Shown: positions 37,554 through 50,100, numbered from the stretch's first letter. The stretch is DNA of 64,000 bases from Azolla caroliniana (GCA_043228905.1 JBHGNT010000017.1:14136001-14200000), one strand, 5' to 3'. The notes: a model not told the origin generated them from the letters alone. Numbers and translations: made by a program.

Positions 37554-39881
37554 AACACACATCTCTAACCTATTTCACCATTGTTAACTCTTAGGGCCGG
37601 ACAATGGCCTAACACAGAGTGTCTACGGAAGACACTTCACCAAAGGGGTGTTACGGCAATAGGATTAGACTCAACGATTAATCCGACTTAATTAGGTTAC
37701 TTAGCATGATCGTCTTTAATAATCACACACGTAAGATATAACAATGAATGCAGAACGACAATTAACACAGAGAGATAACAACACTAAGCTTTATTAAGTA
37801 ACCGCTATTCATTACATTGTATCCGGGCCTTTAAATAGATTTCCGGTCTGTATTACAAAACGGTGCCATCCGCAGCTGTTCGGAATTGGTCCGGATCCGG
37901 AACAGCATACCGATTCCGGTCCGTCCGTCTACACTCATAGCTTACTTACAACCATTCCTACTAATTAAATAACTCCCCGTTTCACACTCTGGACTCCTTT
38001 TCCGGCCGGTAACACATGGCACGCTCGTGGGACAGTACCTTGTACGTCGAATCCACAACCGACCCTTGCTATTCTTCGTCCAAAATATCCAGAATGCTTT
38101 GTTCGAGAGTCTCCAATGGTTCATCTGGAATTGGTTGTTGTTGTTGTTGCTGCTTTGTTGATGTCTGCTGCGACGGGTCCGTTGGTGGCTGTTGCGGCTG
38201 CTCCTCCGTTTGTTGCTCTGACACCGGCGTCTCCGTCGTTGCTCCCTTCGTCGTAGTGGTCTCCGGTTGACTGGTTCCGGGTTGGCCCTCGGCCGTCAAC
38301 GGTTCCTCATCACTAAGGTTAACCATTGCCGCTTCCCGTGCTTTTTCTTCCCGAACTCGGGACCGCTCGTAGCTTTCAAACTGGATTTGAGCGTCCAGCC
38401 TATCATCGTCTAGCTGAGCTATGAGTTGCCGGACCTGCGCCAGCTGTTCATCCGCAAGGACTTGGAAGTCGTCGGCCAGCTTGTCCCGTATGGTGGTGAA
38501 GTCCTCGGAAGTCAACGTATAACAATCATCTCCTTCCTTCCGCCGGTTTGCCACATCTGCTCGTAGCAATTGGAGTTCCGCCGCATTTTGTGCCCACTTT
38601 GTCCACCATCTTACGGAGCTTTCGTCAATCAAGTGTTTTGTCTGATTCAGCCATGCCCGTTCCCAATTGCGATTTGATTTCCGCCGCTTGCCGTTCCTCC
38701 TTCAGTTGCTTGATGATTTTGACGTTGTCTTCCGCCTGCTCCTTGTAATGCGTCAATTGCCTTTGATATGTGCTTTGTAATTTCTGCAATACTGTTGACG
38801 CTCTCTCCTTTTCTTCCTGCTGCTGCCTCTGGAGCTCCATCTGGACCTTCTCCACCTCGTCCAACCGTCTTGTATTTTCCGCACGTTCGTCGGCGATCGC
38901 CGTCGCGGCCCGATCAACTTCCTACTGGAGCTCGGCCATCCGTTCCTTATGCTCCGTTTCCAACCGTTTGTAGTCCCGGTGCAGGTGCTCAAAATCATCT
39001 GTCTTTTGCTTGAGTCGTGCGTTGATCTATTGACGGGCCCGGTCCTCGCGGTCCTTCTGCTAGCGGAGCTCTTCCTTTAGCCGTTCAATTTCCGTTTCCG
39101 CCGTCTTTCGCAGCTTGTCCTTTTCCTGCAGCACTTTGTTTTTTTCCTCCCTTAACCGGTCGTACGCTTGATGGCCTTTCCGGAGGCTCTCCTCTGCCCA
39201 GCGGAGGTTCTCAGCAGTCTTCTTTAATTCGGCTTCGGCCGTTGTCTTCAATTCCCGTTCACGGCTCCTTAGCGCTTCTTGTGCGGCAAGTTCATCTCTC
39301 AATTTCGCAAGCTCCTGGGCTTGCGCCGCATCTCTCGTCGGAACGGTTTCCATTGCCGGGGTCTTATTGGTATGTACAGGTCGATCCGTTTCTTTATTCT
39401 GTACACTTACCGGAGTCACCGGTGATTGGATCTGTGTTGCCGTTAAGGCCATTTTGGCCATCTCTGTCGTGACCTGATCCAAGTCTTTTTCAAGGCACCG
39501 GATTCTGGACCGGGCCGTTGTCGTGAAGATTTTCGGCAATAGTGTGAAAATCCCATAAAACGTACAAAATCGAGTATGAATCATGTAATACAATAATTGT
39601 GAAGATAACATTTTTAATATCTAAGTACAAAATGATGGAGGTTTCGAATGCACTTTATTACACGAGAAATGGACAACTAAATGTCAAGATATGAGGGTAT
39701 AAAGTTTGTGAAAAGAAAAGAGAAAATTGTGAGATATCCCACATAGGCACGACAAATACGGCTCTCATCATATATAAGGTGGAGCAAAAGATATTATCTT
39801 TGTGTCTATGTGTGGAGCATAGAGAGTTCAAGGTAACTTGAACTTAGAGTGGAGGTGGCTAGCTACTCGAAAAGGGTTTTG

Positions 39882-40120
39882 GCCAATCGCAATCCGGCGA
39901 CGGCATGCGGCACCGGTGATCCGACGGCATCCAATCGCAATCCGGCGGCGGCATCCGGCGTCGGCGTCGGCATCCGGCGGCGGCACCGGTATCCGGCAAC
40001 CGGCGATGGAGCCGGTGATCCGACGGCATCCGACTGCAATCCGGCAGCGGCATGCGGCACCGGTATCCGGCGGCGGCATCCGGCGGCGGCACCGGTATCC
40101 GGCGACAGCATCCGGCGAAC
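39882..40120. repeat. GC-rich minisatellite inside the solo LTR
   Basis: Reiterated ATCCGGCGGCGGC and CACCGGT units. Confidence 0.9.
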
Positions 40121-40170
40121 CTGCGACTAGATAAAATAAATATATAAAAATATATACATATACAAGGAGG

Positions 40171-40237
40171 GCAAGTATGGATTCGAACCTTGCACCTCCA
40201 AGTTAAGAGTCAAATGGCTTACCATTAAGCCATAGTA
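40171..40237 (-). promoter_or_regulatory. tRNA-derived A-box/B-box cassette in the solo LTR
   Basis: A-box TGGCTTAATGG (40232-40222), consensus B-box GGTTCGAATCC (40189-40179), and GACTCTTAAC resembling a tRNA-Lys(CUU) anticodon loop. Confidence 0.75.
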
Positions 40238-42046
40238 TTTAGTTGAAATTATATTTCTATCATTGTACTTTTACATGTAAATTCTCATCCATGAGTGCTA
40301 AAATGAGTGACATGGTTAGCATGCACCACATGTAATACTTAAGCGCCAAATGGCAAACATGCAATTTATGCATGTCTTGTACCCTCACATGCATCATATG
40401 CATGAGAGCATCTATAAAAGAGGGAAGGGGGAGGAGAAAAACATGGTTTTTTTTTATGAAAATTAAGAAGAAGAAATTCGTTTTCAAATCAATCGTGTAA
40501 TCTCATCTTCTCTCTTTCCCAATCTATCTTAAGTACTTTCTCGCCAAAGCTTGTATCGACTCTAAATCCTTCTGGTCCAGAACCCCGGCGGTTCCGCCTC
40601 ACGATCGCGCGTAGTGACGAATCTTCACGACACCGTCTCTAGTTGTTCGGTTGTGACGAGCAACCGTTCGCTTTGCGCTCTTTCTTCCGCCTCAATATAC
40701 CCCACTGCTCCGGCAATCTGTTCGCCTATCCACCAGAGCCACAGGCTACCGGTGCATTGTTGTGCTTGCACGGAGTTTTGACAGATGGGCTCGCTTGTAG
40801 ATGGGTGGTCCCGCCTGATTGCGCCGAGTTGCAATTCCGTTTCAGCCTGTGGACCACCCTGCTGTCTTGGTTCCCCTTGCGCTTCTTCTTGGTTGGCTAA
40901 GGGAGGCTGCATTGACCTTTCTGGCTCTAGCGGGATGGGACTTGCCGGTGTTGCCGGTGGTGCCGGGGCTTCTGATTCCGGTGCCATGCACACCGGTTCC
41001 CGTTCCTCCCTTAGCATGGGAGTCTCAGTATGGGGAGCCGGTGTTCCCTTCGTCTGAGGGTTCGAACGTTTCCCGGCTGCCTCAATGGTCCTTGCTGACG
41101 ACCGTCGCTGGAGGTGCTCCGTAGGCTCCTCCTCTATTTCCTCTTCTTGAGTCCCGCCATTGAGTTTTGCCGCCAAGGGGTCCGCTTCTCTATTCATCGG
41201 TCGGTGGAGTGTAACCTTTACGGGCCGTGCCGGTGGTTCCTCCTGCGCATCCGTTGGCCGCTTCCGGCTGCCGCTCTCCTTTCCCGCCTGTTCTGCGTCC
41301 GTCGCCTTCCCCTTAGTGGCCTTAGAGGCCAATGGCTGTTGTCTTTTGGAAGCCGTCTTTGGGGTGTCGTCCGCCACTCTTCCTCGCTTCTTGGGCTGGA
41401 TGGGCTGGACGGGTGGCACAAGCAAGGTGATCCACTACGTTATGGCGTGCCATATCCTCCGTCCGTCTCGGCCTTCTTTGTCGTCTTTGCCTCGGACGAT
41501 CTCGATCGCCGCACACAACCCGTCTGCGATCAATACCGGCCAATCCACCTTGATCCCTTCATAGGTGGCGATGATCATCCCTGCCCGGTTCTGCGGCATG
41601 ACAGGGGGTCTAGGGTACACATGGCCGTATTCGTGGAGCACACGAGGAATCTCGCGGAACAACATATCTCCGCCACCCTGTGTCTGGTAGCCCTTGCTGG
41701 CTAGGGAGTACTCACCAAAATACCTGATGAGTTGCTCCGAGGTCGGATTGTCAATCGTGAGTCTGCCTCCCTCCGGAAGGCCTGTTAACGCTTGAATCGC
41801 CTCCGCCGTTATGACCTCTATGTCGATTTCTTTGATCACCTTGTCGGCTTCTTTGTGTGGCAGTACCTCCATAATCATCAAGAAGCCCTCGAGCCCGTGT
41901 TGCTTTAGCCATGTCTTGGCGGCTTCCGACAACGTTTGCGGGTCCATGTCTGTGTCGAGGTCGGCTTGTGGCGGCGAGTTTGGCTGGTGATGAGAGTGAG
42001 AGTGAGAGAGAGAGAGTTCAGAAGGCGGGGGTTCTCTGAGTGTAGG

Positions 42047-45000
42047 CGTTTTGTTCGTCGATTCCGCTAACCCGTTTGCTTGCGGATAGTATGGGGTGCT
42101 CCGTTTATGGACAACGGCATAGAATGTCGTCAGGCTTTCAATTACTTGGCCGAGAAAGTGCCCCCCTTGGTCGCTTATTAATTCGATTGGGCATACGTAA
42201 CGGCACCAGATGTACTCGTATAGAAATTTCGCCGTTGACGCAGCGGTGTTGTCTCTTAAGGCTTTGGCTTCCACCCATTTCGTGCAGTAATCCGTCGCGA
42301 CGATGATGTACCGATTGCCCGTTCTCATTGCCGGTGGTTTGAACGGTCCAACAAAATCCAACCCCCACTTCTAGAATGGCTCGAGTGGTAGTACCGGCTG
42401 GTGTGGCATACGAGCCTGCTCCGTTGGCTGGCCCATTCACTGGCATAGGTCACATTCTTTTGCGTACCATACCGCATCTCTTAATGTCGTTGGCCACCAT
42501 AGGCCACTTTGCCATATTTTCCTGGCCATCGCATCTTCGGCATAGTGACCTCCGACAACTCCGCTGTGGGCTTCCCTCAATATCAGGTCCTTTTCATCGC
42601 TGCGCACAACCCGTCTCCATATGCCGTCTGCGCCCTTGTGGTAAAGTGTGTCTTGTAGTAAGCAGAAATGTCGGCTTTGCACCGCCAGGCGTTTCCGTTC
42701 GTCCCGGTTCATCTCTTTCGGAGGTAGTCCTGTGCTCAGAAATTGGTGCATGTTTGTGAGCCACTTGTCTTCCTGTGCCACCGTCTCATCTGCTACCGTT
42801 TCCGTAGTGACTCGAAACAGCTCCGCGTCTAGAAACTCATCGGCTACTCCGTCACCCGTCTCTCCGGACTCTAATCGGCTTAAGTAATCCGCCACGGCAT
42901 GTTGTATACCGGGTCTGTGGAATATTTCAAACTCGAATTCCTGTAACAGTAAGGTCCACCGGGCCAATTTACCGGTGAGTGACGCTTTGGACACCAGGTA
43001 AAGGAGTGCCGAATGATCTACATGGAAGGAAAACTTCCTTCCCAATAAATAATGCCGAAACTTTGTCACATTGTAGATCATCCCTAGAGCTTCCCGTTCC
43101 GTGGTAGAGTAGTTCCGTTCTGCTTGGGATAGCTTCCGGCTGGCATAGTACACTGGCCGGTACCACTTTGGCTCCGTAAGCTGCATCAGTATGCTTCCGA
43201 TCGCGATGTCGGAAGTGTCCACGAACACATGAAATTCTTTACTCCAATCCGGAGGCTGCACTACTGGTGCTTGCAACAATAGTACCTTGAGGGCCCTATA
43301 CGCCCTATCCTCGGTGTCGGTCCACTGGAATGGTGTCCGATGTACGGTGGCATGCAACGGTGTAGCCAGGTCGGCCAAGTATCAAAGCATCCGGCTATGC
43401 CACCGGATCTGGCCTAAGAACCGGCTTAATGCCTTTGCCGTTGCCGGCGCCGGCGCTTCTAATATGGCTTTCACTTTGTCCGGGTCGACTGCAATACCTT
43501 CCTGGCTCACAATATGTCCTAATAAAGTTCCACTGGACACGCCAAATACACACTTTGCCGGATTCAAGCTTAGCCGGTACGCTCTACACTTTTCTAGACA
43601 AAGACGGAGGTGCTGAAAATGGTCCTCCTCCTGGCTATAGACGACGAAATCGTCAAGGAAAACCTGCATAAAAGTCAGGATATATTCACCAAAGATTTCC
43701 ATGATGATTCGTTGAAATGTTGCCGGTGCCGTTTTGAGTCCGAACATCATCACCACGGCCACAAACACCCCCCATTCGGTGACGAAAGCCATTTTCTCTT
43801 GGTCGTCGGGGTGCATCCGGATCTGATTATACCCGCTGAATCTGTCTAGGAAGCTATAGACCTCATGGCTGGCGATGGCATCCAACACTCCATCTGTGAA
43901 CGGAAGTGGAAACGCATCCGTTACCGTAGCTGCATTGAGTTTCCGGTAGTCCACACAAACTCGAATTTTTCCGTTCTTCTTCGGTATGACTACGATCGGG
44001 CTCAGCCATGTCGCTTTCTTTACCGGACAGATAAAGCCAACTCTTAGCAGTTTGTCGATTTCCTCCTTGACTTTGGCGGCATAATTGGGATTCATCCGGT
44101 ACCGTCTTTGTGCCACTGGTTTTGCGTCCTTGCTCAAGTGAACGTGATGCTGGTATAACTGAGGGTCGAGTCCTCGCATGTCTTCATATGACCAGGCGAA
44201 CACATCGCGAAATTCCATGAGAAGTGTGATCATTGCCGTTTTGTCTTCGGACTTCATCTCCTTGGCGATGTGCACCGATTTTGCTTCGTCCGTGGTCCCT
44301 AGGTTCACCTCTTCCAGTTGCGACGCTTTTACGCGCTGTGAAACGGCCATTTCCCGTTCCAACGCTTCTTGCGCTTGCCGTAACTCCCGGATTGCGTCTT
44401 TATCCGGTTCTGCTTCAGCCTCTCCCGGTTGCGGTAAGTATGGTGCTATTGCTTCGGCAATGTCAATTTCGAAGAGGGGTATGATCTTCGGGTTTTCCTG
44501 CAAGTACTGAGCTTCTTCTTCGTTAGCTAACCCTTCTAGCATGTTGACGCACTCTGCATACAACGGTGTACATTCCTTGCCAGTGCTCGTCCTTGGCTGT
44601 GTTGGTACCCGTACCTTGGCTTTTCCTCACTGGAAGGTAATTATATTTTTCCTCCAATTCTGTTTGATATGTGCCGTTTTCAACCACGGCCGCCCCAACA
44701 ATAGCGGGTATGCGCCTTGTGCATGTAATTGTAGCACTACTGCCGAGATGTGAAATGTATGACCGCCCACGGTGACTTCTAATTTCCGTATTAATCTTGT
44801 CGGCCACACTGAGCTTGTATCGGCCATCCGCAACCAGAACGGACACAGCTCCCACTCGTGGATTCCTAGGGCATCACACGTCCGGAGGCTTATTACATTC
44901 ACCCCAGAGCCTTCGTCTATAACTGTGCCGGGGAGTTCTTTCCCTTTTACAATGGTAGTGATTACCAGACTGTTGGTGTCCACCACCATTGGTCCTTCCT

Positions 45001-47161
45001 CCGGATTCGAGAAGAGTACCGGTGCCGGTGATGATTCTCCTACCGTCATGGCCGTCTTCAGTCCTTCCGTGAATCTTGGCACGAGTTGTAGGAGTCTTCC
45101 TAGTGGCAGCGTAATCTGGCATTCTTGCAACGCCTGCCATGTCTCATTCTCGGAGTGACTGCCGCCGGCAAGCCCTACGGTGTTCTCCTTTTGCCACTGT
45201 AAGTCTGTGACATTCTGCTCGTTTGCTTTCTTCACCCATTCCGTCGCTTGCTTCCGGATGGTCTCTTGCGTCTCCCATTCCTTGGCCATGCCCTTCGACC
45301 GTGTGGTCACTTGCTGCAGATCTGCCACCTCAGGGACTACCATATTTACTGCCGGTCGTTTTTCATAGCTCTTCACTGGGCATTGATTACTATAATGGCC
45401 TTCCTATCGGCAGTAGTAGCAATAGGCTTTCCGGGTATTGTTGGATTCGGCATTGTTTGTTGTACCCGAGGCAGGTCCTGTGGTACGCGCGGGGTTTTGG
45501 GCCGGTTGGCTGCTTGAAGCTCCTTGTTCCGGATCCCATGGGTAGCCGCCTTTTTTGAAATGCCATTTTTTGTTATAGCTCTTCTTATTGCGGTACTCTT
45601 GACGAGGTTGCCCGTTATATCTACCGTATTCCTCCCGTTGCTGACGATACCCGGGGGAGTGCTCCCGGTCGTAATGTTCGTATCGTCTATTGTAATCCTG
45701 GTACCGATCATGCCGGTCATAGTTATCCCGCCGATCACCGTACCAAACATCATTCTCCCGTCGATCGCCATACTGGACATCCTGTGCCGATCGGTCGCGG
45801 TCCATTCGCCGCCAACGTTCCTCTTCTTCATCCTGGCTGCTGCGTGGCTCAATTTGTCGGACGGGCGGTGCTTGCCAGTTCAATAGATTATACTCGCACC
45901 TATCCGTCGTATGGCCCTTGGATTGACAGATTACACATTGCGTCCTCATAGTGCATTCTAGAACCGAGTGTCCGGAATTCAAGCAGGTTGTGCACTGTAT
46001 TGCTTGCCGAAACCGGAGGTCTTCATCGAACGGTAACGCTCGTTGGAGTGCTCCCAGTCTGAGCCAGGGGCTTTTCTTTTCCATCTCTCTCACCCGGTCA
46101 ATGACCTGGTCGATGGTACTTGTGCGGAAGTCAATTACCGTGCAAACCGTGTGTAGGGGTTCCCAGAGTGCGTTTAGGAATATAGTCCGTAATTCCTCCT
46201 CCAGGGGTGCACGGGCAAGCTGACTATGCATCCGTTGAAACCGGATGACAAATTGGGGAATGCTCTCCCCTGCCTCCTGTCGGATGGTATAAAATAAGCC
46301 TACCATTACGGTCTGGTCCACCTCCTTTTGGAAAAAATGCAAGAATTTAGCTTTTAAATCTGCAAAGGTGTTGATGGTAGACGGGTCCTGCGTCCGGCGC
46401 CATCTTGCTGCCGGTCCCTCCAATGTGACGCCAAATTCCGCTATCTTAGAGCGTTCCTCTTCATCCGGGGTCAATCGCTGGGACACATGGTTGGCTTCCC
46501 ATGTCTGTTCAAAGGCGTGCACATGAGCTTCCGCGTCCGGATCATCTCTATACTTGGAGTACTGGAACGACATGTCGTCGTCCGGTATCGGTGCGCGGGT
46601 TGGTAGTGTTGGTGCTCGTTCCGGGATTTTCTCCGACGTCGGTGGTCTTTCCCGATTTGTTTCCGGTGTCGGTGGTCTTTCCTCTTCTTTTGGTGACGGA
46701 GGCCTCTCCTCTTCGACTTCCGGTGTCGGAGGTCGCTCTTCCTCTACTGGTTCCGGGGGTTCCAGCGTTAGCACTTCCGGTTCCGGTGTCGGTAAGGTAT
46801 CCGATCCTTCGTCCTCCGGTCCGCCCGGGGTTTCGTTGCTGCTACGGTAGTTCGTGTGCACGCTGTATTCCCCTTCGAAGTCCGATTCATTCGCTGAAAA
46901 GGCTTCTACTTCGCCTTCTCCGTTTGCCAACGCCTGGAGAAGGGATTCGGTTTCCCGGAGGCTGCTTAGGCTGCTGCCGTCGTCCGGGTGCGATGTTTGT
47001 TGTAACCAGAGGGAGTCCTCCGCTACTCTCCGGATTACGTTGGAAAACGAGTGATCCGCTCTAATTTCCTGCGCCGCTTGCTGGAAAGCCTCACGTCTCC
47101 TTTGCCTTTCGGCAAGGCGTCGAGTTCGGTCTGTAACCAGGTCGTGCGTTGATCTAGTCAT
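42047..47161 (-). pseudogene. Gypsy gag-pol with stops and frameshifts; integrase truncated
   Basis: Gag with three CCHC-type knuckles, protease IDEGSGVN/LLGRPW, RT RVCVDYRKLN..FLDDF, RNase H YSTTEREAL, integrase H..H..C..C, DFVGP, SDQG and GLAESTNKT, then an abrupt switch of sequence. Confidence 0.92.
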
Positions 47162-50100
47162 CCATCTGTGCCGTCGTTCGCTGCAAAAACAAGAATCGTG
47201 GTCGCCAAAAACTGTGTTAACTCTTAGGGCCGGACAATGGCCTAACACAGAGTGTCTACGGAAGACACTTCACCAAAGGGGTGTTACGGCAATAGGATTA
47301 GACTCAACGATTAATCCGACTTAATTAGGTTACTTAGCATGATCGTCTTTAATAATCACACACGTAAGATATAACAATGAATGCAGAACGACAATTAACA
47401 CAGAGAGATAACAACACTAAGCTTTATTAAGTAACCGTTATTCATTACATTGTATCCGGGCCTTTAAATAGATTTCCGGTCTGTATTACAAAACGGTGCC
47501 ATCCGCAGCTGTTCGGAATTGGTCCGGATCCGGAACGGCATACCGATTCCGGTCCGTCCGTCCACACTCATAGCTTACTTACAACCATTCCTACTAATTA
47601 AATAACTCCCCGTTTCACACTCTGGACTCCTTTGCTGGCCGGTAACAACCATCGATTCTTTACATGGTATCAGAGTGGTTTGGTAGCTCGATCTAGCACA
47701 TCCTCATGTATTGTGCTCTACGCCGACGTTCAAGAAGAACCGGCTCATCGTTATCGTAGTGCGGCTACATAGCTCGTATTCAAGAGAGAAGAAGAAGGAA
47801 GAAATCTACATCGAACACCATGAATACTCAAATGGGGAGCGCTCTCCCTTACAAGAAGTTGGACCGAAACAACTTCGCATCTTGGGAATACAAGATGCAC
47901 CAATACCTTGTCGGTCAAGGTTATTGGAGCTACATCAAAGGAACACAATAAAATTGACCTGGCCCAAAGGACGACAACTACTCAACACGGGAACAAGCGG
48001 CGAGTCGAGTAATGTATTGCTTGGCGACATGTATTCATGACCACATGCTCGGCTACATTCAAGAAGCCACGACGCCAAAGAAAGCATGGCAGAATCTAAG
48101 GAAGATATTCACCGCCAGTACGACGACACGAAAGCTTCAACTCTGCCAAGAGTTGAACAACATCCAACAATGGGACATGTCCATCACAAGCTACATATTG
48201 AAGATCAAGGAGCTTTGTGACTCGCTCGGCTCAATAAGCGTCAATGTGGATGATGATGAGACGGTGAAAATATGCCTCGGTGGCCTTGCACCATAGTTTG
48301 GCGCGATGAGAACCGCCATCCTAGCAATGGAGAATCCTCCTTCTTTCTTTGATCTTCAATCCATGTTGTTGGTTGAAGAAAACCATGTTTGAACAAGGAG
48401 CAACACCTTAGCAGGCCACATGCTCTACACACATTCAAATAGAGGAAGAGGGTGCGGCCGAGCAAGAGGTCGATTCGGCCAAGGACGAGGCGGACGAGGT
48501 CCGACTTACGACAACAACTCCCAACTTCAGCAACAAGACGGAAGCCATTGAGGAACCTTCAGAAGAAGGGGGAGCTTCCATTCCGGTTCGAGCCGACAAA
48601 CCTCGATCGAATGCAGATATTGTAGAAGAGGGCCGAAAGAAGAAGTGCGAGTCGGCTTCCACAAGCGGACAACTCACAAATTATGCCACCAAATCCGATT
48701 ATGAAGACCATGGCGGAATGTTCATGATGAGACATAGAGCAAATTCTATGTCGGCCTCTACTTCGGCTAATGCCTCCAATCCGGCTTATGAGAGCCGGAT
48801 CGACCTAGTTATGTCGAGACCGGAGACGACACCACTCATCCGATTCGGCATGTCGGCAATGTCCCATTCTGGAAAGACCGCGAACAAACTTGCATAAAAA
48901 ATGTCTTACATGTACCCACCCACCATAACGAAGAATTTGGTCTCGGTCGGCCATATCAATCTCAACAAACTCAAGGCGATGCAATCGAAAGGAGTCGTCA
49001 TTGGGATTCCGACCTTCAAAGAGAAAGAGATGGAAGGAGTATGTGAAACATGTCAATTCAACAAGCAACATTGGCACCCGTTCCCTAAGGAGAGGAACGT
49101 GAGCAAAGGCCTATTGGACGTAGTCCAGTAGGATGTGTGGGGACCGGCACAGACGGCCACATTCGGAGGATGTCGGTACTATGTTACCTTCATCGACGAC
49201 TTCTCTAGATACACATGGATCTTTCCCATGAGGGAAAGATCCATGTGTGGAATGTGAGGCACCCATTCCCGAAGGAGAGGAACATGAGCAAAGGCCTATT
49301 GGACGTAGTCCAGTCATATGTGTGGGGACCAGCACAGATGGCCACATTCGGAGGATGTCGGTACTATGTTACCTTCATCGACGACTTCTCTAGATACACA
49401 TGGATCTTTCCCATGAGGATGAAGAGCGAAGTGTTTACACACTTCCAAAAATTCAAAAGCGAAGTCGAAAAGACAATTGGCCGCCATGTACGATGTCTTT
49501 GGTCGGACGGAGGAAAGGAATACTTCTCCGATGCATTCACAGCATACCTTCGACAAGAAGGAATTCGGCAAGCATTCACTTGCCGACACACACCGCAACA
49601 GAACGGTGTAGTCGAACGCAAGAATCGGTACATCCTCAAAGTAGCAAGGGCCACACTAAATGATAAGCATATGCCAAAGTCATATTGGGCAGAAACTGCA
49701 AATACCGTTGTCTACCTCATGAACCAGTGCACAACATCCGAAGTGCATGAGGTCCCCCCACACGAGAAATATTATGGGAAGAAGCCGGATCTATCCCATA
49801 TAAGGATATTCGGCTCCATTGCATACGTGCACATTCCCGATGAGAAGTAACATAAGCTTGACCCAAAATTAGAGAAGTACATCCTCGTGGGGTACTCACT
49901 GAAGCAAAAAGGGTACAAGTGCTTCAACCCCTCTACTCGGAAGGCTCATGTAAGTTGGGATGTCATCTTTGACGAATCAACATCATGGTACAAATCGAGT
50001 TGACTCCTCTCGAGCCATCAACGAACGACCTCAACAACACATGAGACGATGATCAACTAAGGTCAATACTCGAAGAGAGTCTGATCTCAACCAGATTGAG

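Larger units (their letters stand above)
39519..40632 (+). mobile_element. Solo LTR (1114 bp) related to the 15219-18725 element
   Basis: Termini TGTCGTGAAGATTTTCGGC...GAATCTTCACGACA versus TGTCGTGACGATTTTCGGC...GAATCTTCGCGACA in that element. Perfect 4-bp TSD CCGT (39515-39518 and 40633-40636) and CTATAAAAG near 40412. Confidence 0.9.
38015..41947 (-). pseudogene. Extra sense-strand ORF of the gypsy (globular N-terminus, Pro/Glu-rich linker, long coiled coil), interrupted by the solo LTR
   Basis: Consecutive fragments 41435-41947, 40625-41425, 39060-39518, 38625-38864 and 38069-38632. Removing the solo LTR rejoins EQLET|ARSRIR in frame. Confidence 0.7.
37582..47647 (-). mobile_element. Ty3/gypsy LTR retrotransposon (probably non-chromovirus) with an extra 3' ORF
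   Basis: 433-bp LTRs at 37582-38014 and 47215-47647 with about 5 differences. TSD ACCAT at 37577-37581 and 47648-47652, PBS-like TGGCGACCAC (tRNA-Arg-like, ~47197-47206), and domain order gag-PR-RT-RH-INT. Confidence 0.95.

Noticed and set aside
39828-40134. Overlapping ORFs in all six frames
   Set aside because: A GC-rich minisatellite lacking stop codons.
40171-40237. A functional tRNA gene
   Set aside because: No acceptor stem and imperfect arms. Kept only as a tRNA-derived promoter-like cassette; the same applies to 15672-15735.
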